Below are positions 1-9,184 of a stretch of DNA of 64,000 nt, one piece after another. The first letter of the stretch is position 1; each line of letters begins with the position of its first letter. The translations under genes were made by a program, and so were the position numbers. The notes under the pieces are model-generated. The model searched no databases. It was given only the letters and a program-made list of their open reading frames with translations, and was not told the origin of the DNA. Source of the DNA: Gammaproteobacteria bacterium (GTDB taxonomy: Bacteria; Pseudomonadota; Gammaproteobacteria; UBA6186; Azoamicaceae); the NCBI GenBank assembly GCA_044225395.1, contig JBGAIP010000004.1:15098-79097 (forward strand), written 5' to 3'.

Positions 1-664
1 TCAAAACGAATGTTTGTTTATTTTTATCGCATCTTTGACACCTACGATAAAATGATAGCAAGTCTTGCAATATTGGCAGACACTAATAAGACATGGCGCC
101 CGAATCGCTTTCATCAGAAGATTTGGCAATCTGAAATCAGCAGAACCTATGAAGTAGTGAAGCTGATAGATTATAAGCCTAGGGTAGCAGAGCTGCAAAA
201 CCATCCTAACCCATTTGCGATGGTGGTGTTGGTACAATTGGCAGCTATGGAGACGCGACCCAATGATGAACAGAGATTACTAACTAAGTTAGAATTCTTT
301 AGATCGCTTTGTAAACGGGGGTGGCCACTCGAAAAATGTATGAGTGTTTATAAATTTTTAGATGCTGTATTAGGCCTGAATAAGAATTTTGAGGTAGAAT
401 ATATTCAACAAGTTAAACGAATCGAGAAGGAATATAATATGACATACGTCCTAACCGCAGAGCGTCACGGCATTGAGCAAGGAATACAAAAAGGCATATA
501 CCTAGGCGAGGCCGGCCTATTAATGAGACTGCTACCAAGCTAAGTTCAACACATTGCCCGAAACATACGTTGAAAAAATCAAAAATGCGGACTCTAACAC
601 TTTGGGCCGATGGGGCATCAATTTCGTTAAAGCAGAATCTTTAGACGACATTTTTGTAGCATAG
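1..664 (+). pseudogene. Rpn/YhgA-like recombination-promoting nuclease / putative transposase with DUF4351-type tail; 5' end outside window, frameshifted near 3' end
   Basis: Frame is open from nt 1 (..RMFVYFYRIFDTYDKMIASLAILAD..NPFA..TAERHGI..EAGLLMRLL) and stops at 543. The family-typical tail QAKFNTLPETYVEKIKNADSNTLGRWGINFVKAESLDDIFVA continues in another frame to TAG 662-664. Relative to the paralogous copy at 2563-2901 there is an extra C near 533 plus two short insertions. Confidence 0.55.
301..664 (+). repeat. Direct repeat copy A (3' part of the Rpn/DUF4351 gene)
   Basis: agatcgctttgtaaacggggg...gacgacatttttgtagc recurs at 2563-2901 at roughly 90% identity by eye, with small indels. 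Confidence 0.85.
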
Positions 665-753
665 GCCGCCGATATATTTTTATGTTATATGGCCTGCTCC
701 TCTGCGCTTATTCGTACGAGCGGGTTTTCTTTTCATATTCAAAACTGCAAAAG

Positions 754-1667
754 CTAACCCTGCAAATTTTTCTCAAGTAACACTAAGGCCTGGTGCCTTT
801 TTGTTTGTATCATGTTTTGAATATTATGAAGCTTCCATTTTACTGAGGGAAAATGCTGTATATTTTCTATAGAAATGAGATCCCATCGTGGCTCACCTTT
901 CTTGAAAGAAATAAGAAATTCTTTCTCTTGGTCAGTAAAAGCCGAAGAAATAAGCTTAAATATTTCTGCCCGTGTTTCCATCAAAATCTCACAGCTAATT
1001 TCTACCGAAGTCATACCATCAAATTGATTAGCATAAAGATTTTCAAATCCAAAAGGTTTGGTTTAATCAATTCTGATATTGGCCGTTTACTGCTTAGCAA
1101 ATAAACAATAAAAGCGTTATGTAATTCTCGGGTATACGAAAATTTCTTGAAATACATATGAGATCAAAGAAATCACGTGGTGCTGCCGATCAAGAGCGGC
1201 ACAAATTTTACCAGCAAATAAATCATTAATATCTAAACACAAGATATCGACATCGCGTTTAAAACGTTTTCTAGCCTCGGGAGCCAACCCTCGTATTATC
1301 GGTTTATAAACGGATCCGCGGACTACTAAGTTAATTTCTAACTTGACTTCTATAGTTTTTGATTGAATAAAAAGAGTACTTTCATAACCAACCGCGCTTT
1401 GCTTTTCTCGTGTTTTAAATCTAGTACATTAACCTTCTGAGATAAGCTCTTAATAAATTGACTAATGTCACCTAAGGCCGTCTCTCTTGTAGTAAGTGGT
1501 AAATAACAGAGATCTATATCAACTGACAAGCGCGGCAGATCAAACAAGAATAAATTAATGGCTGTGCCGCCTTTAATGGCAAATCGATTATCGCTTGAAA
1601 TCAATGGAATAATATCTATTAAAGTACTTACTTGTTCGAGATACTTAGAACTTAACGTCATTGTCAT
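754..1667 (-). pseudogene. AbiEii/AbiGii-family nucleotidyltransferase toxin (type IV TA), multiply frameshifted
   Basis: N-terminal piece 1350..1667 has KGGTAINLFLFDLPRLSVDIDLCYLP. The middle (1015-1349) reads EVKLEINLVVRGS...DINDLFAGKICAALDRQH in shifted frames with stops. The C-terminal piece is 754..1014. Confidence 0.7.
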
Positions 1668-1680
1668 CTTCCATCATATT

Positions 1681-2472
1681 CTATTGGTAAAAACAAATTA
1701 TATTTGCATGATATTTTCCATTTTTGGAAGCTATTTTAAGTAAAGAATTACCTATTTTACATTTTTTTTCATTTATTTTTAAGCGCCAAGCATGATTTTG
1801 CAAATCGCCAAGTAAAGCAGTAACCGTTTTGCTTTTTCTGAAGAGCATTTTGTTAATAACTTGCTTAAAACGTCTGGCCTTAAGGTCCCAAGCGATTCCA
1901 TAGAATTCGTGTTTCTTCAAAACTATAAGGCCATTGGGGTCAACTTAACAGCTCTAAGACTGCTCTTTCTCTAGAAGAAACCTGTACGTTGAGATTACCC
2001 ATAGCGATTTCATGTATTTCTACTTTTGAAGGTAACGCACTATTTTCGGTTATTCTTACGCGCTCCATCCATCGGTGATGAGCAAACCATTGGGGTATTA
2101 ATGTTCTTGGTGCAACCAAGAGATCAATTGTTTGATGTCCCATCGGTATATTATGCAGAACCCCTTGAAGCTCTAGCGCAGTTTTTCCACCAACATGGAT
2201 ATCCAGACCTAATTGAAATTGGGAAGTGCATGTAGGCCGCCATACCATTCTATTTTATCTTGGGGTTTAAAAACTGCACCCTGTCCAAATGGCTTAAACC
2301 AACCACCTGCTTTGTAGATGCTAACTAGTTGCCTTGAGAACCCCAGATTAGCCAAGCGTTTTGTAGTACACACCGTGCCTGTGGGCCAAGAATGTAGTAA
2401 ATTTTGTAATTTTACATGTTTTTGTCTATTCATACTTGACATTATAGAGGAAAAATACAAAAAAAAGAACAA
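1681..2472 (-). pseudogene. AbiEi-family antitoxin/transcriptional regulator, multiply frameshifted
   Basis: Pieces 2209..2472 (LHSWPTGTVCTTKRLANLGFSRQLVSIYKAGGWF), 1940..2248 and 1681..1920. An alternative frame in 1681-1920 reads PDVLSKLLTKCSSEKAKRLLLYLA, typical of the AbiEi_4 C-terminus. Confidence 0.65.
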
Positions 2473-2493
2473 AATTTGTAAATTTCCCTTAAA

Positions 2494-2901
2494 ATGTCTA
2501 GTATTGCTTTACATTTACAAGGAAATTTACAAACTTCAGTGCATGTTCGGTACAAACACGTAAGATCGCTTTGTAAACGGGGGTGGCCATTAGAAAAATG
2601 TATGAGTGTTTATAAATTTTTAGATGCTGCATTAGGCCTGAATAAGAATTTTGAGGTAGAATATATTCAACAAGTTAAACGAATCGAGAAGGAATATAAT
2701 ATGACATACGTCCTAACCGCAGAACGTCACGGAATACAAAAAGGTGAGGCCGGCTTATTAATGAGACTGCTACAAGCTAAGTTCGATACATTGCCAGAAA
2801 CATACGTTGAAAAAATCAAAAATGCTGACTCTAATACTTTAAGCCAATGGGGCATCAATTTCGTTAAGGCAGAATCTTTAGACGACATTTTTGTAGCGTA
2901 G
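2494..2901 (+). pseudogene. Stand-alone DUF4351-type C-terminal fragment of an Rpn-like gene (intact reading frame, no nuclease domain)
   Basis: Homology to the gene at 1-664 begins abruptly at 2563 (RSLCKRGWPLEKCMSVYKFLD...). The tail QAKFDTLPETYVEKIKNADSNTLSQWGINFVKAESLDDIFVA is in frame. Confidence 0.5.
2563..2901 (+). repeat. Direct repeat copy B (3' part of the Rpn/DUF4351 gene)
   Basis: Matches 301-664. Together the two copies bracket the AbiE module. Confidence 0.85.
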
Positions 2902-2939
2902 TGTTAATTCTTCTATATTATTTTAAAAATCACAACCCT

Positions 2940-3020
2940 AGGTTTACCTTTTTTGCCGAGTAAACGACCTTGCTGATATCGAAGATCAGCCAGCTTGGGG
3001 GCTAACCTTTGAATCCACAT
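2940..3020 (-). pseudogene. Possible remnant of a Fic-family (DUF4172 N-terminus) gene
   Basis: The minus strand reads MWIQRLAPKLADLRYQQGRLLGKKG, resembling the WIWQ..WP...L..L...R..QG.LLGK start of DUF4172-Fic proteins. There is no downstream ORF. Confidence 0.25.
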
Positions 3021-3764
3021 AGAAGCAGTAAAACAATTTTGCTGTTTGTATATCATATTAATCGCCACAGGTGATGCCAGCTCTATTCACCGCGAGCCTT
3101 TAGCCCTGGTATATAGCATGACGTATTCCATTACACATGTTGTCTATCAACCAATTGTTGTGAAGCAGTCTTACTATGCAGCGAAGCAAAACCATTAAGG
3201 ATAGATTACCATGATTATTGCTTATCTAAATAGGAAAAAACTTGGAAGATACGAGATTTCTGCCGAAAACCAAAATTTGCTTAAAGAAGCTATTTGGATC
3301 GATCTTATTTCGCCTTCAAGGAAGAGGAAGCATTAGTTGAGGCCTGTCTCAATTTAGACATTCCAACCCGAGAAGAGATGGTCGAAATTGAATTATCCAG
3401 CAGACTCTACAAAGAAGATGATACGCTCTTTATGACGGCAACCATGATTGCGCATTCTGATTCTCCCGAACCTAAACTTGATGCTATTGCTTTTGTTCTA
3501 ACAAAAAAACAGTTAATCACCGTTCGTTATATAGAACCTAAATCTTTTATTTTATTCATTTCACAATTGCAAAAACGTCATACAACACATCTTCATGCCA
3601 CAACCTTGCTAGTAGACTTGTTAGATATAAACGTTGATCGACTAGCCGATATATTAGAACTGATCGGGCATAGACTAGATGAGTCTTCAAAAGCAATTTT
3701 TAGACCTCAAGATGACAATGAAGTTAAACCGGATTATAAAGAATTCATGCAACAAATTGGTATC

Positions 3765-5060
3765 TGTAGTGCTCCCCAAATAAACCGGACCACCTAGGAC
3801 TGCTCTAACGAGATAGGAATAGGAGTAGGAATATGACTATTAACAACGGTGTAGAGGTTACTGAAATTATTTGTTCAACCAACAAGAGGAAACGATGGAC
3901 TGGCGTTGAAAAGCGACAGATCGTCAATGAAACATATCAGGCAGGAGTATCAGTCTCGTATATTGCCAGAAAAAACATGGTATACCTCTAGCCAATTATT
4001 CTTGGCGTAAACATTGGGGAGGGGGAGCATTGGCAGGCGTTGATTCAAGAAGAAAAGGTCGTACCGTTAAGTCGGGTTAAGGAACTTGAGAAACAGATCA
4101 AGAAGTTAGAGCGTATTCTGGGGAAAAAGACCCTGGAAGTCGAGATTTTAAAAGAGGCTATCACCATTGGTAGGGAAAAAACTGATCTCGCGGCAACCCT
4201 TATACGGAGTGGAAGATTTCGAATAAGAGGCATTGCAAGGCTTTAGGAATATCACGTTCTAATTTGTATGACAGAGAAACGAAGGATAAAGGTATGATTT
4301 CAACTGAAATTGAAAAAGACGAATCCTCTTAGAAGCGATAAAAAGAGCTGATAAAAATAAGGTAACTTATGGTTATCGCCGAGTAACAGCATTATTAAAT
4401 CATTGTTCTAATCAGTCAAAAATTGAATCACAAACGAGTATATCGTCTGATGAAATTGTCTGGATTATTATTGCCAAAACACGGTATCTCAAGACCTTCG
4501 CGAACTCATACTGGTCAAATTCAAACCTTAAGAAGCAATACGCGTTGGTGCAGTGATTATTTTACGATCCCTTGTTGGAATGGAGAAAGGGTTTATGTCG
4601 CTTTCAGCCTAGACACTTGCGACCGAGAGGCTATGCGATACGTAGCATCAACGAAGGGGATTAATGGCGAAGCTATCCGTGATTTGATGGTGGAAACGCT
4701 CGACTATCGCCTTAAAGGTATTATGCCGAATCGCAAAATCCAATGGTTATCCGATAATGGTCCAGCTTACGTTGCTCACGAAACAATAGAATTTGGACGA
4801 AGGATAGGTTTAGAGATTTGTACTACGCCACCTTATAGTCAGAGAGTAACGGTATGGCTGAGGCATTGGTTAAAACTTTGAAAAGGGATTACGTCTGGGT
4901 TTCTGATTTATCGGATGCTCAAATGGTAATGAGGCAATTGCCGGGATGGTTTGAGGATTACAATGAGAAGCTCCTCATAAAGCATTGCAAATGCGTTCCC
5001 CAGGCAGTATATTAAGCATAAATCGGCAAGCTAAGTGGTCCGGTTTATAGGGGCAACTCA
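3765..5060 (+). mobile_element. IS3-family (IS2-group-like) insertion sequence, decayed
   Basis: TG...CA termini. Imperfect terminal inverted repeats: tgtagtgctccccaaataaaccggaccac versus the reverse complement of gtggtccggtttataggggcaactca. 5-bp target duplication GTATC at 3760-3764 and 5061-5065. Excising the element restores the corA frame. Confidence 0.8.
3834..5035 (+). pseudogene. IS3-family transposase orfA/orfB with stops and frameshifts
   Basis: orfA begins MTINNGVEVTEII..KRKRWTGVEKRQIVNETYQAGVSVSYIARK, then hits a stop. The leucine-zipper part is KELEKQIKKLERILGKKTLEVEILKEA. orfB (4423..4881) has the DDE-region motifs SDNGPAY and PYS, then a frameshift before the expected PESNGMAEAFVKTLKRDY. 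Confidence 0.75.
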
Positions 5061-5614
5061 GTATCAATGGAGATCTTGATAAAAAACAGGAAAGCTTATT
5101 AACTTTTCAACGATTAGTCGCATTCTTTTTGCAGTCCATTGGCTCAAATGCCGATCAGGATACACAATCACGCTTAACAAGCATCAGTAAAGATATTGCT
5201 GCTTTAAGCGATCATGCCAATTTTGTTGCAAATAAAGTAACCTTCTTATTAAGTGCTACCTTAGGTATGGTTAACATTGAGCAAAATAATATTATTAAAA
5301 TAGTTTCTGTAGCGGCAGTGATCTTTCTACCACCAACGCTTATTGCGAGCATATATGGTATGAATTTTCATGTTATACCAGAACTGTCTTGGAAATATGG
5401 ATATGTGTTTTCTGTTGTATTGATGTTGCTCGCTGCTTGGTTACCTTACAAATATTTCAAACTCCGCAAATGGTTATAAAGGTAATATAAAATATTAATT
5501 ATTACCCTTTCTCTTAAACGTGTAACAAATCTGTTGACACCTTCAATTTAACAGTGTTAGGCTGTCGCCGTAATCAAATCTAACTATTTGCCCATAACTA
5601 AGGAGGACATAAAA

Positions 5615-6244
5615 ATGTTTGCTCGGTATGATGAAAACCTTGGTAATCCTGATATAAAAAGAGCAAAAGATGAGATTACAGAACTTCATCAGGTTCTCAC
5701 TACAATGCCAACCAGACCGGAAAATATTGAGCTCAAACAGATTGGAATAGGAACTTTGGAAGCACAGCTAGTAGTATTGGTAAACACGCTCGCAGCTGAC
5801 GAAGCGCATGAATATAACCAAAGATGGCTCGCAGCAAATAGGCAAGAAATATATCAGTTCATAGACGGGTTGAATGGTCTGCGGGCAGAGCTCAATTTCC
5901 CTAGATCTGTGGCATTAGAACATGACATTGAAAATTTACAGGGTGCGTTTAACAATCTACAAGAGACATTTGGTGCTGAGGCTGTAGAACATTTAAGAAA
6001 ACTCACCTTGGAAATTGGTTTGGCAAGTACCGCGGGTGCGACAGCCGCTGCCGCTGCAGTAGCCGGAGGTTGTGGCTTGCCTTTAGGACCTGTAGGTGCC
6101 GGAGTAGGAGCAGCTACAGGAGCAGTCGTAGCTGGTGGGGCTGGATTGGCTCTCACTCTCTATAAAAGGCACTCAGCTAGAGATAGGGCATTGCGTAATG
6201 TAGAAAATGGCTTGAGAGCCGAGTTTGATTTTGCACCCCAATAA
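5615..6244 (+). CDS. Hypothetical protein with C-terminal Gly/Ala-rich glycine-zipper membrane segment
   Basis: AAGGAG RBS 7 nt upstream of ATG 5615. C-terminus is GLASTAGATAAAAAVAGGCGLPLGPVGAGVGAATGAVVAGGAGLALTLY. No family recognised. Confidence 0.6.
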   Translation: MFARYDENLGNPDIKRAKDEITELHQVLTTMPTRPENIELKQIGIGTLEAQLVVLVNTLAADEAHEYNQRWLAANRQEIYQFIDGLNGLRAELNFPRSVALEHDIENLQGAFNNLQETFGAEAVEHLRKLTLEIGLASTAGATAAAAAVAGGCGLPLGPVGAGVGAATGAVVAGGAGLALTLYKRHSARDRALRNVENGLRAEFDFAPQ

Positions 6245-6254
6245 GGAGAAATGA

Positions 6255-6845
6255 ATGTTTAATTCTGACAAAGATGAATCCCCTAAACAGCCAGATCCTA
6301 ACCCAAAATTGCCCCTGATACGTCCAATATCGGATCCAGAATCTCCGGTGGGAGCTCATTACAAATTCTCAAAAAATATTCTAAAATCTGTAGTTTCTGA
6401 ACTTGAGCTACCGCTTATGGGTAAAAAATTTTCTAACGAAAAAGCTCATGGCTTTGTTGACAGCGAAAAAGGCCGCAAGATAATGAGTGCTTTGGATAAA
6501 GCAATTCAACAAAATATCGCTCGTTGGACAAAAAAAATGCATGATACTATCCTGCGTACCGCGATGAGCCATTACAGTGTCACGATAAATGAACTGCATA
6601 ACAGGGTTATCGAAGAAAAAAATTTAACTGAAGATGAGTTGAAATTGCATCGTCTCATTAAGAAGTTTGATGCTAAAGCTTTAATCCCTCCCCCCAATCA
6701 ATACGCCAATTTATCGGAAGCAGAGAAAAAACTTTTATTTCTCGTGCAGAAAGGTGAAAGAGACTTACTACAAACCCCTGCAGCACGAAAAAACCAAGAG
6801 TTAAAGGCTAAACCTCGAAACAAATCAAAAAAGTTTAAGGCTTAA
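6255..6845 (+). CDS. Hypothetical basic protein (Pro-rich N-terminus, Lys-rich C-terminus)
   Basis: AAGGAG RBS. 10 nt after the previous stop. No family recognised. Confidence 0.55.
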   Translation: MFNSDKDESPKQPDPNPKLPLIRPISDPESPVGAHYKFSKNILKSVVSELELPLMGKKFSNEKAHGFVDSEKGRKIMSALDKAIQQNIARWTKKMHDTILRTAMSHYSVTINELHNRVIEEKNLTEDELKLHRLIKKFDAKALIPPPNQYANLSEAEKKLLFLVQKGERDLLQTPAARKNQELKAKPRNKSKKFKA

Positions 6846-6881
6846 TAATATTAGTTAGTAAGTATTTTTAAAGGTAAAGCT

Positions 6882-9128
6882 ATGCCAATAACAGTTGTTA
6901 TAACATCAAAGTTTGTCAAGGAAAACAACGATACCAAGAAAGTTTTAGATCTTTATCGCGATGCATTAGAGCATAACGAAATTAATCCTCAAAGCGATGG
7001 TGGTGTTACATCTGTTGGGGATGCCGCATTGGGAGAAAGTAGAGTTGGGCCCGGTCTTTTGGACCCAATTACAGCCATAGTAGAAGATCGGCTTAATAGA
7101 CCTTTGGGAGCACACAGACAAATATTACCGGAAGTGAGAATTGAAGTAGAAACACCAGCAGAACTATTACTAAGGCATTATTTAAATTTCTTAAATGAAA
7201 AACTACTTGATGAGAAAATAGACATAGCCCAAACAAAAAGTGGTGCTACAATTACATCGGTACATGTTTTGATTCAACAACTATTATATAAATTAGCGGC
7301 TGCTGCATTAAGTAACAAATCTGATGATCAAAATGATGGTATAAAATTAAAAAGTGCAATGGATGCTTTTGTTGACAGGATCCATAATGAAGAAATTTTA
7401 ATAAAAAATGATAAACTAGGAAAGTTCGCGCTTGAGCTGTCAAACGAACATAATAATTGGGTTCGAGCAATTACAAACATGGTTAATATTGCTCATGTTG
7501 TTAATAGCAATAGAGCCAATATCTCTAATACTTTAAATCAGTTAAGGGATGCTGAAAAAATCATCCAACGACAAATAATTTTTTATATCAATGAAGAAAA
7601 AGCACCTTCTTCTCGACCACCTGAATGGTTAGATATTACTTTAGAAGCATGTGAAAAAAGCGTTCTTGATAATGGCCAACCAAAAAATCCATTGGCATTA
7701 AGTGTCTTAACGCAAAATTTAACGGTTAACAACGAAAGACTGAGGTTAAGTTTAACAATAAATGAAAGACAGAAAGCAATTGTCTCTCGTTTAAAAAGAG
7801 ACAAAAACTTAGAAGCTGCACTACCCATAGTGACACAATTATATGGACTGTTAAATCAAGTGCGCTATTTATGTGATCTGATGTCACGTTTAGATTCGTT
7901 AATGAATATTACTGGGTGGCTGCCGGTATTATCAGGCGTTATTGATTTTACAAAACTCAGTATTTTAATAAGTGATTTTGGCAAAAGTTGCAATGCAATA
8001 TTGTCGATTCCAGAACCCTTTAAAACAACAGAGCTGCAAAAGAAAGGGAGGGGTCGTGGCTTACATAAATACAAGGCGCTATCAGGAAATGCTATAGCTT
8101 ATCAATTAACTGAAAATAATTTACAAAGCCTAGATGACCACTTTTTAAAAGGGCAAATCCGGGATATGATCATTGGCGCAGTAACATCCTTAGTAGAATT
8201 ACAAGATCAATTACCCGTTGAACAGCGATTTGTTAATCTACAAAAATTAGGGCTAGAAAATAATAATATTCCTTTTTTTCCAGTACAACAACCTCTGCTT
8301 CCTAGAGCAAAAACTGTACCACAACCCAAACAACCACAACTTCCTTCTGCATCTCCTAAAAGAGAAAAACGATCGGAAGGAGCTGAAACCTTCACAACAA
8401 CAGAACTTTTACATATGTTCTTATTTGAAGGTTCTCAAGATCTTGGTGCTTTGGAAATATTTAAAAAATTGGGCGCTAATTTTCAAGCAGAATCTTCCGA
8501 CGCTGTTTGTTTGCGTTTACGTTCTAAAATTCTTGATTCAAATGAATATATTGCCCCTAACCCAGAAGATGCGCAAAAGGTATCTGGAGAAGATGAAAAC
8601 GAGCTCAAACTACTACAATTAATAACAAAAGCTAAAGCATCTTATACAGGATGTTCAGCATTACATTATGCTGCCATGGCGGGAAGCGATGAAGTATGTG
8701 GATGGTTAATAAAAGAAGGGATTCCCATTAATATAGCTGATAAAAGTGGAAAAACACCCCTTGATTGGGCAAGTGAAAAAAGAAAACGAACTGTCATTGA
8801 ATATTTAAAGTCTAAAGGTGCTAGAAGTGAAAAAGTACAAGATGCTTGTAATCGTTTAGTTGCATTTTTACTGAGACCTATTCCAGCAAATCCAGACATT
8901 GAAATGGTAAAAAACTGGATTCATGCAGGCGCTTATGCAACAGCTGATCAGCTTAATAATTTGTCAGACCAAAACCCGAATTTTAAAATGTGGTATGAAA
9001 TAAATTACCCTGGCGGATTGACTGAATATAGACCAGCGGGTAACCCACCAGCTGTAATATTCAGCGCTACACTTCCTCGGCCGTCTGTGACAGAACCCTC
9101 TTCAAAGACGTTGAAACCGAAAAAATAG
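6882..9128 (+). CDS. Large hypothetical protein with C-terminal ankyrin repeats (effector-like)
   Basis: 748-aa ORF. ANK consensus at ~8650-8822: CSALHYAAMAGSDEVCGWLIKEGIPINIADKSGKTPLDWASEKRKRTVIEYLKSKGA. Pro/Gln-rich linker PRAKTVPQPKQPQLPSASP. Confidence 0.75.
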   Translation: MPITVVITSKFVKENNDTKKVLDLYRDALEHNEINPQSDGGVTSVGDAALGESRVGPGLLDPITAIVEDRLNRPLGAHRQILPEVRIEVETPAELLLRHYLNFLNEKLLDEKIDIAQTKSGATITSVHVLIQQLLYKLAAAALSNKSDDQNDGIKLKSAMDAFVDRIHNEEILIKNDKLGKFALELSNEHNNWVRAITNMVNIAHVVNSNRANISNTLNQLRDAEKIIQRQIIFYINEEKAPSSRPPEWLDITLEACEKSVLDNGQPKNPLALSVLTQNLTVNNERLRLSLTINERQKAIVSRLKRDKNLEAALPIVTQLYGLLNQVRYLCDLMSRLDSLMNITGWLPVLSGVIDFTKLSILISDFGKSCNAILSIPEPFKTTELQKKGRGRGLHKYKALSGNAIAYQLTENNLQSLDDHFLKGQIRDMIIGAVTSLVELQDQLPVEQRFVNLQKLGLENNNIPFFPVQQPLLPRAKTVPQPKQPQLPSASPKREKRSEGAETFTTTELLHMFLFEGSQDLGALEIFKKLGANFQAESSDAVCLRLRSKILDSNEYIAPNPEDAQKVSGEDENELKLLQLITKAKASYTGCSALHYAAMAGSDEVCGWLIKEGIPINIADKSGKTPLDWASEKRKRTVIEYLKSKGARSEKVQDACNRLVAFLLRPIPANPDIEMVKNWIHAGAYATADQLNNLSDQNPNFKMWYEINYPGGLTEYRPAGNPPAVIFSATLPRPSVTEPSSKTLKPKK

Positions 9129-9153
9129 TGTCGTTATTACATTCTCAATCCAC

Positions 9154-9180
9154 GGGCTCAAATCTGGACACAGACAAAAT
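9154..9180 (+). repeat. Solo copy of a short intergenic repeat (gggctcaaatctggacacagacaaaat)
   Basis: Close variant of ggggtcagatctggacacaga[c/t]aaa, which occurs at 60483-60507, 60531-60554 (inverted) and 61314-61338 (inverted). Confidence 0.7.
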
Positions 9181-9184
9181 TTTC

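Larger units (their letters stand above)
3211..5479 (+). pseudogene. corA: Magnesium/cobalt transporter CorA, disrupted by a frameshift and an IS insertion
   Basis: ATG 3211 gives MIIAYLNRKK..AIWIDLISPS, then the frame breaks (~3317-3320, stop 3334-3336). It continues in ORF 3294..3797 and is interrupted at 3764/3765. It resumes at 5061 (..INGDLDKKQESLL..) and ends with YGMNF, the GMN motif, in ORF 5129..5479. Confidence 0.88.

Noticed and set aside
1-237. 78-aa minus-strand ORF at the window start
   Set aside because: It overlaps the Rpn-like gene in antisense, has low-complexity composition, and has no recognisable family.
5854-6156. 100-aa Pro/Ala-rich ORF on the minus strand
   Set aside because: It is the antisense reading of the GC-rich Gly/Ala glycine-zipper coding segment of the 5615..6244 gene. 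It has no RBS or independent support.
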